Counted from the first letter of the stretch, positions 30,085-40,289 are shown. The stretch: 64,000 bases of DNA from Prosthecochloris sp. (GCA_004028745.1 RAZP01000035.1:3940-67939), one strand, 5' to 3'. Numbers and translations: made by a program. The notes: generated by a model not told the origin, from the letters alone.

Positions 30085-31911
30085 TTATTTTTTTTGGGAA
30101 TTTTTTAAAAGTATTTCAGCAAGACTTCTTTCTTTGTTGTTGTATTTTTTTGTTAACTCATTGTATAAGTTGTTATGCCACTTATTATCTGATTTACAAA
30201 AAATTGGGATCCATGTTTTAGGGAGCCATTCATCAGAATTTTTTATGGATAAAATGGGTATATCACTATTCTCTGATATATTAGTGTGCATAGAAAATAA
30301 TTTTGTTGTTATGGTATCTAGCTCCTCTATTTTTTGCTCATATTCTGCATTTTCTGTTAACCCTGATGGATATAATTTGTTAAGATAAGAGGCAAAACAA
30401 CCATAACGACTTTTTTGCCCGATAAAAAAAGCAACTTTTCTAAAAACGACTTCTTTTTTTGTTTCAATAATTGAGACGCTATCACAAAACAATGCTAGGT
30501 AATCTATGTATTTGTCTCTTTTTATAAGAGGGTTTTCTTTTTCTAACATTTCTTTAAGAAGAGGTAATATCCACTCTTTTTCAATTTTCTCATTATCAAG
30601 TTCGAAGCTCAAAGTGACAACATTATCGCGCAAATTAAGCATTAGCCTCTCCAAAATATCCTTGGTATTAATAGAGCTTGATCTGGAAATAAATAAAGCT
30701 GAAAAGTACTCCTGAAAAGATCGATGTGAAAAAGTGTATTGATTACCATCTTTTTGTATGACACAAACCGATTGGCGTAAATCATTAAGAAAATTAACTG
30801 GATTTATCTCAGAAGATTCTATCTCTATGGCCTTTTCTATATATGATATAATTTCTTTATATTCAAATGTGTACTTTTTGTCAAAGTATGTGATGATGCA
30901 GAATGTTGAGAATACTTTCTTAAACTCATCTATTGGTAGCTCGCAATAGGTCTTTCTTTTGTATAGAGATTTTTGTGCATCATGCTTGTGATAAAGTGTG
31001 TCAAATGCTTGGTCATAAAAAATATGAATTTTTTCAGGTATTTCTGCCAATTGCTCAAATGTGAGCAGCATCATTGTTAGCAAAAGAGGGTTTGATAAAA
31101 AATCAATATGCTTTTCAAAAAGATGGGAGTCAAGCTCAGATATAAACTTATTTTTTAGGGTCTTATCATATTCAATGCGGTCAATAAGGTCTATCGCTTG
31201 CTCTTTTGTGAGATTTGCGATACTATAAAGATAGAATTCTTCCCAAGGAATAAAACAATCATCAGGTCTGCTTGATAAGACTAATATGATTTCTGGGTAT
31301 TTGCTTGAAATATCCAAAATTTCTCTTTCATAACAAGACTTTATTTCGTAATCTATTTCGTCGAAACCATCAAGGAGTAAAATGAATTTTCCTTTTTTTA
31401 GGCCATAAGTAAGCTGTTCATTTGTAAAACGATTGTTAATATCTGAAAGAATCTTTTCAATATATTCTAAAATAGAGTAATTCGAGTTCGGGGTGATTAG
31501 CAGTCGCAACTCTACCAATATTGGTATATATTTATATCGGTTGTCAATAAAATGCAAAAAAAGGTTTTTTAAAAGCATTGATTTCCCTGTCCCTGCAATT
31601 CCAGTAAATATGTTTTTTTTGTTCTTTATTAATGTTTTTGGTATGTCTGAGGATGGAATGCATTTAGAGTCCAAAGTCAAATTGGTTGGTACATAATGTT
31701 TTTTGAAGTCAACGGGGCGATCTCTGTAAAGTAGCGTTTTTAATGTAGAACATTTTTTATAAGTTCTTTTAATGTAATTGTTAAAGCATAGCTGTAAATC
31801 CACAAGTAGTTTGTTGTATTGAGTCCCGCCCAATTTAATCCCTTTTTTGATAATGCTGCTGGCATATTCTTTGGCAATTTCATTGAAAATTGGATCCAAT
31901 TCTTCCATCAT
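30085..31911 (-). CDS. NACHT (STAND) NTPase, candidate NLR-related anti-phage protein
   Basis: Walker A GIAGTGKS, Walker B FILLLDGFDEI, SSRP, SNPLLLTM, FSHRSFQEYF; visibly AT-rich. Confidence 0.85.
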   Translation of the reverse strand: MMEELDPIFNEIAKEYASSIIKKGIKLGGTQYNKLLVDLQLCFNNYIKRTYKKCSTLKTLLYRDRPVDFKKHYVPTNLTLDSKCIPSSDIPKTLIKNKKNIFTGIAGTGKSMLLKNLFLHFIDNRYKYIPILVELRLLITPNSNYSILEYIEKILSDINNRFTNEQLTYGLKKGKFILLLDGFDEIDYEIKSCYEREILDISSKYPEIILVLSSRPDDCFIPWEEFYLYSIANLTKEQAIDLIDRIEYDKTLKNKFISELDSHLFEKHIDFLSNPLLLTMMLLTFEQLAEIPEKIHIFYDQAFDTLYHKHDAQKSLYKRKTYCELPIDEFKKVFSTFCIITYFDKKYTFEYKEIISYIEKAIEIESSEINPVNFLNDLRQSVCVIQKDGNQYTFSHRSFQEYFSALFISRSSSINTKDILERLMLNLRDNVVTLSFELDNEKIEKEWILPLLKEMLEKENPLIKRDKYIDYLALFCDSVSIIETKKEVVFRKVAFFIGQKSRYGCFASYLNKLYPSGLTENAEYEQKIEELDTITTKLFSMHTNISENSDIPILSIKNSDEWLPKTWIPIFCKSDNKWHNNLYNELTKKYNNKERSLAEILLKNSQKK

Positions 31912-32499
31912 GATATGTTTGTTGTTATTTGCTTTAAGGTTTTCGGTATATCTGTTATTAGTTTAATATTTTCTTTTTTGATTATATTGATAAAGGTTCA
32001 GGGGATTATATTTATGTTAATAGATCCAATCAAAGTTGAAAAGCTTATACTAAATTGATTTCTTGTTAAGCAGGAGTGTGCGTAAATTGATATTTCTTTT
32101 ATGGTGTTTAAACATTGTTAAACGTTTGCTTTGTCGTCAATTGAGTATTTCTTCTGCAGTGAGCGAAGGCTTATTTCTGCTTTATTTATTTTAAATACTG
32201 AATAATTTCAAATGAATTCAAATGTTTTATGTGTTCACTGTATCCGTTAATAATGAGGCTTCATGCTCATTATTTGATAATTTATTTATTCGATTTAGAC
32301 TTCAAAAGGAATATTTCCTTCAGGGCCTGCTGTATTCATTGCTTTCATCTACATATATGTCCATTAATCATGATTGCAATATTACATATTGTTAGTGTGA
32401 AAATTTAATTTCATTTATGTATATAATATAAGAAATATGAAAAATACACAATAACAAAAGTGTGATAAATCCATTCTGCTTTGCGTGTGCGTCTTTTAT

Positions 32500-33313
32500 G
32501 GGCACCTCTAAAAAGTCCCTGTTGATATATCAATAATAAAAACAATAAGTTATCAGTCGATAAAGGTTGGGGAATTGCGTATTTTACAGCACATCATCTC
32601 ATTTTATCATTGCTGTCATGAAAAACATCAACCCACTTGGTCTTTTCGACGAACACTTTTTGCTTGAGCGACTGACAAAGTTGAAGGATCCGCTGGTGAA
32701 GCTGGAAGAGCACATCGACTGGAACATCTTCATTCCGATCCTCGACATTGCGTTCTCCCGGCCGGAGCACCGGAACAAAATGGGACGTCCGCCCTTTGAT
32801 CGACTGATGATGTTCAAAATTCTCATTCTCCAAAGCTTGTATAATCTCTCTGATGGCCAGATGGAGTACCAGATTACCGATCGTCGCAGTTTCATGAGGT
32901 TTCTTGGCCTGAAGGTCAGCGATAAGGTACCCGATGCAAAAACAATCTGGAATTTCCGTGAGACCCTGATCCAGGAAGAGGTGATCGAAGCTCTCTTCTA
33001 TCGATTCAATCAGGCGCTGGATGATCAGAGCGTTTTCGCCAAAACCGGCCAGATTGTTGATGCCAGCATTGTCCAAGTGCCTCGTCAACGCAATACTCGT
33101 GATGAGAACAAGCAGATCAAACAGGGAGAAACTCCCGAAGTCTGGAAAAAGCAACCCAACAAGCTGCGCCAGAAAGATCGTGATGCCTGGTGGCTCAAAA
33201 AGAACGGTATGAGCTTCTATGGCTTCAAGAATCACAGCAAAGTCGATCAAGGCACCAAACTAATCAGCACCTACATGGTCACTGATGCATCAGTTCATGA
33301 TTCTCAGGAGTAG
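32500..33313 (+). mobile_element. truncated IS5-family element (left end plus 5' part of transposase)
   Basis: gggcacctcta at 32500-32510 upstream of the transposase ATG at 32618; no matching right end found. Confidence 0.85.
32618..33313 (+). pseudogene. IS5-family DDE transposase, C-terminally truncated (231 aa)
   Basis: GRPPFD..FKILILQSLYNLSD, DRRSFMRFLGL, VPDAKTIW.FRE, IVDASIV, YGFKNH; stops after ASVHDSQE. Confidence 0.88.
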
Positions 33314-33523
33314 GGGACGTTGTTTATTAGCTTTAAAAGTATGGACTATAATACTTGAACAACGTTCTATGATAGTGATAGTTACAGGTAATTCTCTCCT
33401 CCGGGATAACCGCTATTAGTGCAGAGGCTAACAGACTGCCATTAGGATTTATTTAGTTTTCTTGTCTATACTGAGCAGTATTGGGGTCAGTAAATCACGG
33501 ATTCTTTTTTCCCGTTCCACAAC

Positions 33524-33870
33524 ATGGACTCAATTACACAAGCATCCCTTGGTGCAGCGGTTGCTCATGCCGCGTGGCATAAACCGTTAGGCCGTAATGC
33601 TCTTCTTTGGGGGGGCTTTTTTCGGTACGCTGCCTGATCTGGATATTGTTTTCTTTCCCTTCCTCGACGATGTTCAGCAGCTCTACTGGCACAGGGGCGA
33701 GTCCCATTCCATCTTTTTTGTTCTGATTGACGGCGCATTGCTCGGCGCGCTGTTGTGGAGAGTCATATGGAATTCGCGATTTGGTTTCAGCCTCGGCAAC
33801 TTATTTATCATCGATCCGCTCTACACCGGACCACTGTTGCTGGGAATTATAGCGGCAGCATTTTCCAGAT
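33524..33870 (+). pseudogene. membrane-bound metal-dependent hydrolase (YdjM-like) fragment
   Basis: MDSITQASLGAAV, then a frameshift at the G7 run 33609-33615 before GTLPDLD; HRGESHS; IIDPLYT; internal deletion and truncation. Confidence 0.8.
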
Positions 33871-33922
33871 CCGGGTATGCTAAAGGGGGAAGGATGGGGA
33901 AAAACGTTGTTCAAGTATCATT

Positions 33923-34159
33923 TCAACAGTTGCTTTGATGCGACGCGTACTCATCCAGCAACCTGCGGATCATCTTCTGATACTGCGTATTATGCTTTCT
34001 GGCCTCGTTTTTAAAAAAGTCTATGCTGGTTTTGCTGAGAGCGATCGTAACCTTGACGGTCTCATCTTTCAGCGCAAGCTCTTCGGGTGAAGGAAGAAAA
34101 TCCTCAACAACCTTCACCTTGCCCATGGGCTCATTCGTGTATTTTATTTTCTCTTTCAT
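33923..34159 (-). CDS. CopG/BrnA-like antitoxin
   Basis: DFLPSPEEL..KVTIALSKTSIDFFK..YQKMIRRLLDEY; overlaps brnT. Confidence 0.85.
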   Translation of the reverse strand: MKEKIKYTNEPMGKVKVVEDFLPSPEELALKDETVKVTIALSKTSIDFFKNEARKHNTQYQKMIRRLLDEYASHQSNC

Positions 34160-34424
34160 AAATCTTTTTCCCTTTGCGCCAGTACCCGGCGCCAATAATC
34201 CTGATTTTATTCTTTCGATACGTGAACCTTACAGTCAAAATGCCTCCAGCGACACTCCCGAGACAATAAAACCGTTTTTCCTCTTCACTATGCTCAAGAT
34301 CTTCGAGAATAACACGCTGATGATCCAGAAAAGCGAGTTGTGCCAAAGCAAAAGAAACCCCATGCTTTTCCTGGTTCAGCTTGTCTTTGTCGGTATCCCA
34401 CTCGAAATCTACGTGTCTTGCCAT
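34131..34424 (-). CDS. brnT: BrnT-family ribonuclease toxin
   Basis: FEWDTDK..NQEKHGVSF..HSEEEKRF..IRIIGA. Confidence 0.88.
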   Translation of the reverse strand: MARHVDFEWDTDKDKLNQEKHGVSFALAQLAFLDHQRVILEDLEHSEEEKRFYCLGSVAGGILTVRFTYRKNKIRIIGAGYWRKGKKIYERENKIHE

Positions 34425-34710
34425 ACCCTTAATAATACGGTGATCTTTAATATTTACAAATACAATAATATGGGCATTTATACATATTGATCGTCAGCCA
34501 ACATGGCAATACGATGTTTCTATCCGAGATGGGGTGCGGTTTGGCAGGGCCTGAAATGATGGATAGATTATAGTTTGAATAAAGTTGCGATGGGAGTAAG
34601 GGACGTTGTTTATTAGATTAAGTAAATTGATTTGTTTGACTTGAGAGAAAAGCTTGCTTGTCGAGCAGAATGTTTTCAAATGCTCCGGATAGAGCGTGAA
34701 ACGAGTAATG

Positions 34711-35580
34711 TCAGTTGGAAAAGTAGGCGATCAGGCCGAAGGAGAGAAAAAGAACGGTGGCTAGAAGAATGGTCTGGTCGCTGATTTTTCGCATAAACGC
34801 TTCCTTTTTCTCCTTGTACAGACTCGCGATGATGATCACCGCCGCATTATTTGCCAGCAGGAAATAGGTGACGTCCGGAAGGATTTTTGTGAAGGTGCAA
34901 TAAAACAGGAAAGTTCCGGAGATCAGGCTCGCGACGATAAGTAACTGTTTTGTTTGCGGAAAAGGTAACGTATTGGCGATTGTTTTGAGGCCGCTCAACA
35001 GGTCGCCCCTGCGGTCGCGCATGTCCCACATCACCTCGATAAAAAACGCACAGACAAACACGTATCCCCAACATATCCATGCCTGGAGCGAAAGCGCTCG
35101 GCCTTCGAAAAACAGAGGAAGAAAGACGAGTGCGGTCGCCCAATCGAGCGGAGGGGTAAGATTTTTTACGATGTAAATGTCTTTCAGCCTACGGGCGCCG
35201 TTCAAGCGCCGGGAAAGAAAGACCGGAAAGCATTTATGGTTGTAGAGAAACCCGATGAAGATAACGATTGCCGTTGTCCAGAAGGCCGGTTGTCCGAATT
35301 GAAACGCGATAACGAGGCAAAGGATGGAGAGCGGGTAGAAGGTCACGTAGGTGATGATCTTCCGGTTCCGGAGGGCGTCCTTCAGGCCTTCGGGATCGTT
35401 CGCTGCATCTTCGACTTCATCGGTGAGCCGGTTGTCCTGGTAGATGGAAAAGGTCAGCAGGAAGACGCATACAAGAGCCCAGCCATTAACCGGGATGTCG
35501 AAATAAATCGACCAGCTTGCGGTGCCAAGCGCAGAAAGGAACGAGAGATGTAGCTTATTTCTGAAGAAGTACTGTGACAC
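34711..35580 (-). CDS. UbiA-family prenyltransferase
   Basis: Polytopic membrane protein with NRLTDEVED, RLKD and DMRDRRGD..GLKT aspartate-rich motifs. Confidence 0.85.
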   Translation of the reverse strand: MSQYFFRNKLHLSFLSALGTASWSIYFDIPVNGWALVCVFLLTFSIYQDNRLTDEVEDAANDPEGLKDALRNRKIITYVTFYPLSILCLVIAFQFGQPAFWTTAIVIFIGFLYNHKCFPVFLSRRLNGARRLKDIYIVKNLTPPLDWATALVFLPLFFEGRALSLQAWICWGYVFVCAFFIEVMWDMRDRRGDLLSGLKTIANTLPFPQTKQLLIVASLISGTFLFYCTFTKILPDVTYFLLANNAAVIIIASLYKEKKEAFMRKISDQTILLATVLFLSFGLIAYFSN

Positions 35581-36092
35581 GATACGTGTTTGCTTTCCAG
35601 ATTAAGGGTGACATCCTGCATACCATGAGTACTATGTCAAAATAAGAACTTCTTTGCACAAGTTTCCCCTTCTTTCCCGATCAACAATCAAAGCATCAAT
35701 CCTCTTTGATGTTCGTTACCTTCAAACTGTTCAGTGTGATAGTAAGCATTTCTTTCGGGTATATGAGTTCAAATCAAGGTTGAGCAGGAAAAAGGTCGGC
35801 CCTTTTTGCATGGGTGCATTCTTTTTTGGCAGTAAAGTCTTCTGAGTAAACAACTAAACTTGATTCTATAAGGTCTAACACCTATTTTGCTTAGATATTT
35901 CTGTGAACATTATGGGTTTGTTGAGGCTATCTACACAAAAGTGATTTTGTGTAGGCTGCTAATCAAGTTGTGGTTTTTGTGTTACCTGCTCCTGTTTTGA
36001 GCTGTGCGAAAAATAAACGCAAATAATTGTGGCGTATTGAAGTGTAGCGTGGTTTATTTAACGGTTTTGCTAACCACAAAAACAATTTCCGT

Positions 36093-37622
36093 ATGACTAA
36101 TCCTGCGAGAATTTCGGTATTACTGCTTCTGGCAGCGCTTGTGTCCGTGGCGGTTCCAATCAAGTCTGTTTTCTCTTCTGAAAGTTCAACGGCTCCGAAC
36201 GGTTATCTCAATGCCATATACGAGGAATGGAAGGTTTCGGAGCATGAGAATATGGGGGTAGTCGGGCTTGGGGTACACCACTATTTCGGTGACTATTTTT
36301 CTTTAGGTGTAGGTTCATGGATGGCCGTCAAGGGGGAGCGCGGTGGATTTATTACACTTGGCATCGACGGCAACCTGCGCTTGCCCATTGCTGAAAGGAT
36401 TGCACTTGAATCAGGCATATTCATCGGTGCAGGCGGAGGAAGAGGTGGGTATACTCTGAGCGGAGGAGGTCTGATGCTTCGACCTTACGCCCAGCTGAGC
36501 TATGATATTGCTTCTTGGGGCAGGCTTTCGGCAGGGGTGAGCCACGTTACGTTTCCCAATGGCGGGACGATTGAATCAACCCAGCCATACGTCAGCCTTT
36601 CCTTGCCGTTTTATATGGACATGGAAGACGGCTGGACAGAGAGTACGTCCAGGCAGTTCGAAAAACGGAAAAACGAGGCACGATCAAACTCTCTGGCAGT
36701 CATAGTCAGGGATTTATATCCAGTTTCAAGTGCAAGAACACTTGGCGGTGCAGTTCAGGGAGATCTTACCCTGCTTGGGATTGAGTGGCGTTCATACTTT
36801 AGCGATATCTGGTATGCCAGGCTTGAAACCGAAGGTGCAGCAGGTGGAAACAGCCAGGGATATATGCAGATTCTTGTGGGAGGCGGTTTGCAGGTGCCTA
36901 TAGTGAAGAACCTCTTTGCCAGTGCTGATGTTTCTGTTGGCGGCGGTGGAGGTGGAAATGTCGATACCGGTGGAGGTCTTCTGCTGGATGCTTCTGCAGG
37001 CATGCAGTATTATCTGACGCCTAATCTTTTTGCCGGTCTTTCAGGGGCGTATATTGCAGCACCGGACGGGACATTCGAGGCGAGCAGTCTTGCTTTGAAG
37101 CTTGGGTATCAATCCGGTCGGCCTTCCAGTCAGGGGGACAGCCGTGTCGCTCAATCTTCTGAACAGCCTTCGAATATGAGGGTGCGCGTGGTCAATCAAA
37201 CCTATTATAAAGCGTCCGATCTCTGGCGCACGCATCGCGCTGACCGAAATGTGGAGAATATCGGGATTCAGGTAGACGGTTTTCTCGACCGGAACTGGTA
37301 TTTGACTGGCCAGGGGCTTGCTGCTTATGGTGGAGATGCCGGAGCATATATGACAGGGCTTGTCGGCTTGGGTATCAGGAAAAACATCGTTGGCGGTGTC
37401 TTTGTGAATACGGAGGGGCTTGTCGGTGCGGCCGGTGGCGGCGGACTCGCAACCGGGGCTGGCCTGGTCTGGCAGGGAAATGTCGGGCTCGGCTATGATC
37501 TTCATCCCTCTTTGTCAGCTCTGGCCACAGTTGGGCGAATAGATGCATTTAACGGAAACTTCAAGGCTGATGTCTTAGGGCTTTCTCTGGCTTATAATTT
37601 CAACAGCTATCTGTTGCATTAG
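36093..37622 (+). CDS. outer-membrane beta-barrel protein with three Gly-rich internal repeats
   Basis: Signal peptide, amphipathic strands, ends near SLAYNF; three G-x-GGG...GxGL modules. Confidence 0.75.
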   Translation: MTNPARISVLLLLAALVSVAVPIKSVFSSESSTAPNGYLNAIYEEWKVSEHENMGVVGLGVHHYFGDYFSLGVGSWMAVKGERGGFITLGIDGNLRLPIAERIALESGIFIGAGGGRGGYTLSGGGLMLRPYAQLSYDIASWGRLSAGVSHVTFPNGGTIESTQPYVSLSLPFYMDMEDGWTESTSRQFEKRKNEARSNSLAVIVRDLYPVSSARTLGGAVQGDLTLLGIEWRSYFSDIWYARLETEGAAGGNSQGYMQILVGGGLQVPIVKNLFASADVSVGGGGGGNVDTGGGLLLDASAGMQYYLTPNLFAGLSGAYIAAPDGTFEASSLALKLGYQSGRPSSQGDSRVAQSSEQPSNMRVRVVNQTYYKASDLWRTHRADRNVENIGIQVDGFLDRNWYLTGQGLAAYGGDAGAYMTGLVGLGIRKNIVGGVFVNTEGLVGAAGGGGLATGAGLVWQGNVGLGYDLHPSLSALATVGRIDAFNGNFKADVLGLSLAYNFNSYLLH

Positions 37623-37688
37623 AAGTTTTGATCAGATGTATTGATTATTACCGGATAGGGGTGAATTCTTAAATATAAAGGGAGAGAG

Positions 37689-38084
37689 GTGAATCGTCGT
37701 GATGTTGGCGTTGATATCGTCGATATCAGGCGGATCAGGAAGTCGTATGAACAGTACGGCGAGGAATTTCTGCAGCGGGTGTTGACGGAAAACGAGATCA
37801 GTTACTGCAGGAAAAAGAAGGATATGATGCCGGGGGTCGCCGTCCGTTTCGCTGCCAAGGAATCGCTTTCCAAAGCTCTTGGCAGCGGTATCGGCAAGTG
37901 TTTCGGGTGGCAATAGTGTCGAAATACTCAATGAACCCAATGGTAAGCTGGTCGTCAAGGTCCGTGACGATGCATGCGGGATCGACGCGAGGCTTCGGTA
38001 AGGGTTTCCCTTTCTCATAATCGTCAGTATGGTGTGGTAATGGTCATGATTGTTGGCTTTTTTCTCTTTTCTATAATCTGGTGA
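37689..38084 (+). pseudogene. acpS: holo-ACP synthase copy 1, frameshifted
   Basis: GVDIVDIRRI..RFAAKE; frameshift near 37911 giving TAG; SVEILNEPNG and VSLSH continue in other frames. Confidence 0.85.
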
Positions 38085-38114
38085 AGCGTGGGTGAAATTG
38101 ATGGGGGCTGAAAT

Positions 38115-39509
38115 TTGAAACGTACATATCGAATTTTATTTCTCAGTCAGCCGGCTACCGGGCATTTGAATCCGCTGCTTACCATTGCTTTACAAATGCG
38201 TTCGGAAGGGCATGACGTCAGGTTTCTTATTCCTGGGAGGGAGTTGCCTTTCAGAATGCTTGAACAACTGGCTGGGAAGTTTCAGATGTTACGGTCTTCG
38301 ATGGCTGTTCCTGTTTCTGTTGCCAGCTATGGTATCCCGGTGGAACTGCTGCCTGTTCCATTGACGGTCAGTCTTCGCAGTATTATTCTGCCCTACATTA
38401 CCGGTTATTCTGAAACCCTTTTTGCAATGGATCTCATGAATAGAGGGGTGGGGGCATACACCCGTTTTCTTCTCGATTATCTTGCCCGCCATCATTTCGA
38501 TGTGATCGTCAGTGATTTTACTCTGACTGCAAGTCATGTGGCAGCAGAAAAAACAGGGATTCCTTGTGCGGTTGTCTTTCAGGCAGGCTTGCCGTTCAGG
38601 GGTAAGGGGATCCCCCCTTTTGCCAGTGGTTTGCCTATTGGTGAGACTGCGTCGAAAGAATATGAGCGTTGTGTGAACATTGAAAAAAGATTTTTGAGCC
38701 GTCTGGATCGACGGCTTGCCCCTGTGAGGCAACAATGGGGGTTGCCGGTTTTTCCAGAAGGGTTTTTAAGAGTTCCTTATTCTCATTGGCTGAATCTCGC
38801 GCTGACGTCTTCTGCTATTGAGGCGCCACGTAGTACTGTGACGGATTCGACATTTTTTGTCGGTCCATGTTTTCATAATCGAATCGATCTTGATCATGAT
38901 TTCCCCCTCGATCGGCTTCAGAAGAACAAGTATAGAATTTATGTGTCCTTAGGCTCGGTCTTCAACAACAAGCCGGAGGTTTTTCGTGCCATTATCCGTG
39001 CGTTGGATCACCCTGAATACCAAGTGATTGTCAGTGCCGTTAGCGCATATCAGACATTGATGAACGATGCATTGCCTGATAATGTACTCTTGTTTCCCTG
39101 GGTGTCTCAGGGATCCTTGTTACCTGAAGTCGACCTTGTTATCGCTCATGGCGGGAATAACACTACCAACGAGACGCTTGCAGCCGGAAAACCTCTGATC
39201 GTTATTCCGATTGGTGGAGAGAATGGTGATAATGCAAGACGTGTTGAATATCTGGGTGTAGGATTGCGCATCGGCCTGAGTTCATTGACGACAGAGCGTG
39301 TTGAAAAAAAAGTTAGGCGGATCAGGACTGATCCAAGGTTTGCTGAACGGGCACGGGAAATCAAAAGTGAGGTGGATAAAACGGATGGCCCGGTTGTGGC
39401 ATCAAGACTCATTCAGCTGCTAGCCAGGACAAAAGTCCCTGTCAAACGTTCTGTTGGTGCCCCTCTTACGATGACCAGCGAGGATTTTCACTTTTTTTTA
39501 AAAAAATGA
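38115..39509 (+). CDS. GT1/MGT-family UDP-glycosyltransferase
   Basis: PATGHLNPLL, IYVSLGSV, WVSQ..LL..HGGNNTTNE.L..GKP PSPG-like box. Confidence 0.9.
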   Translation: MKRTYRILFLSQPATGHLNPLLTIALQMRSEGHDVRFLIPGRELPFRMLEQLAGKFQMLRSSMAVPVSVASYGIPVELLPVPLTVSLRSIILPYITGYSETLFAMDLMNRGVGAYTRFLLDYLARHHFDVIVSDFTLTASHVAAEKTGIPCAVVFQAGLPFRGKGIPPFASGLPIGETASKEYERCVNIEKRFLSRLDRRLAPVRQQWGLPVFPEGFLRVPYSHWLNLALTSSAIEAPRSTVTDSTFFVGPCFHNRIDLDHDFPLDRLQKNKYRIYVSLGSVFNNKPEVFRAIIRALDHPEYQVIVSAVSAYQTLMNDALPDNVLLFPWVSQGSLLPEVDLVIAHGGNNTTNETLAAGKPLIVIPIGGENGDNARRVEYLGVGLRIGLSSLTTERVEKKVRRIRTDPRFAERAREIKSEVDKTDGPVVASRLIQLLARTKVPVKRSVGAPLTMTSEDFHFFLKK

Positions 39510-39654
39510 GATCACAGAGGATGCATGATGGCGGCCATGTGAATTTTGTTTTATAAGGTTTTTAACTGCTCTTCTGCCTTGCATTTCTTTGAATTTTCTT
39601 TATTCCTGATAGCTGCGAAAAGCTCAAGAATGTGTATTCTTGAAAAAAAGGTGC

Positions 39655-40026
39655 ATGATGTATCGTCGGGAGATCGGGGTTGACATTGTCGATATCAGGC
39701 GTATCAGGAAATCATATGAATGTTACGGTGAGCGTTTTTTGCACCGGGTACTGACAGAGCGGGAAATCGGCTACTGTAAACAAAAAAAGGATATGATGCC
39801 GAGCGTTGCGGCACGGTTTGCCGCCAAGGAGGCAGTGTCGAAAGCGATTGGCAGTGGCATTTCGAGAGGGTTTTCCTGGAAAAGTGTTGAAGTTGTCAAC
39901 GACGATCATGGCAGGCCTTCATTAAGGGTCCTCGATAAAGCGCTTGGCATATCAGATAACGATCTCAGAATATCGCTTTCGCACAGTGGCGATTATGCCG
40001 TGGCGTTCGTGCTGCTTGATCTATGA
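39655..40026 (+). CDS. acpS: holo-ACP synthase (phosphopantetheinyl transferase) copy 2, intact
   Basis: IGVDIV, ARFAAKEAVSKA, GRP, ISLSHSGDYAVAFV. Confidence 0.93.
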   Translation: MMYRREIGVDIVDIRRIRKSYECYGERFLHRVLTEREIGYCKQKKDMMPSVAARFAAKEAVSKAIGSGISRGFSWKSVEVVNDDHGRPSLRVLDKALGISDNDLRISLSHSGDYAVAFVLLDL

Positions 40027-40087
40027 CTTACCGGGCATGGAAATGGTTTCTGAAAACTATCATCTTAAACGGTAAAGGAGGTAAAGT

Positions 40088-40282
40088 ATGGAGTGCATGA
40101 AGGCCGTAACCATTCAGTGCCCGTATTGCGGTGTGTTGAATGAGGAACTCATCGACTGCTCGGTTGAACCCCCTGAAGAGTATGTCGAGGATTGCGAGGT
40201 TTGTTGCAGTCCCATGCTGATCAGGATACTGTCCGTAGACGGGGATGTTCCTATTGTTGAGGCACACCGCGAGAACGAGTAG
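40088..40282 (+). CDS. CPXCG-motif cysteine-rich protein
   Basis: [17 protein letters not shown]; AAGGAGG RBS. Confidence 0.88.
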   Translation: MECMKAVTIQCPYCGVLNEELIDCSVEPPEEYVEDCEVCCSPMLIRILSVDGDVPIVEAHRENE

Positions 40283-40289
40283 GGGAGGA

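Larger units (their letters stand above)
33307..34616. repeat. set of ACGTTGTTYA-type element ends (direct and inverted repeats)
   Basis: 23/24-bp direct repeat at 33307-33330 and 34593-34616; perfect 16-bp inverted repeat at 33351-33366 and 33903-33918. Confidence 0.8.
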
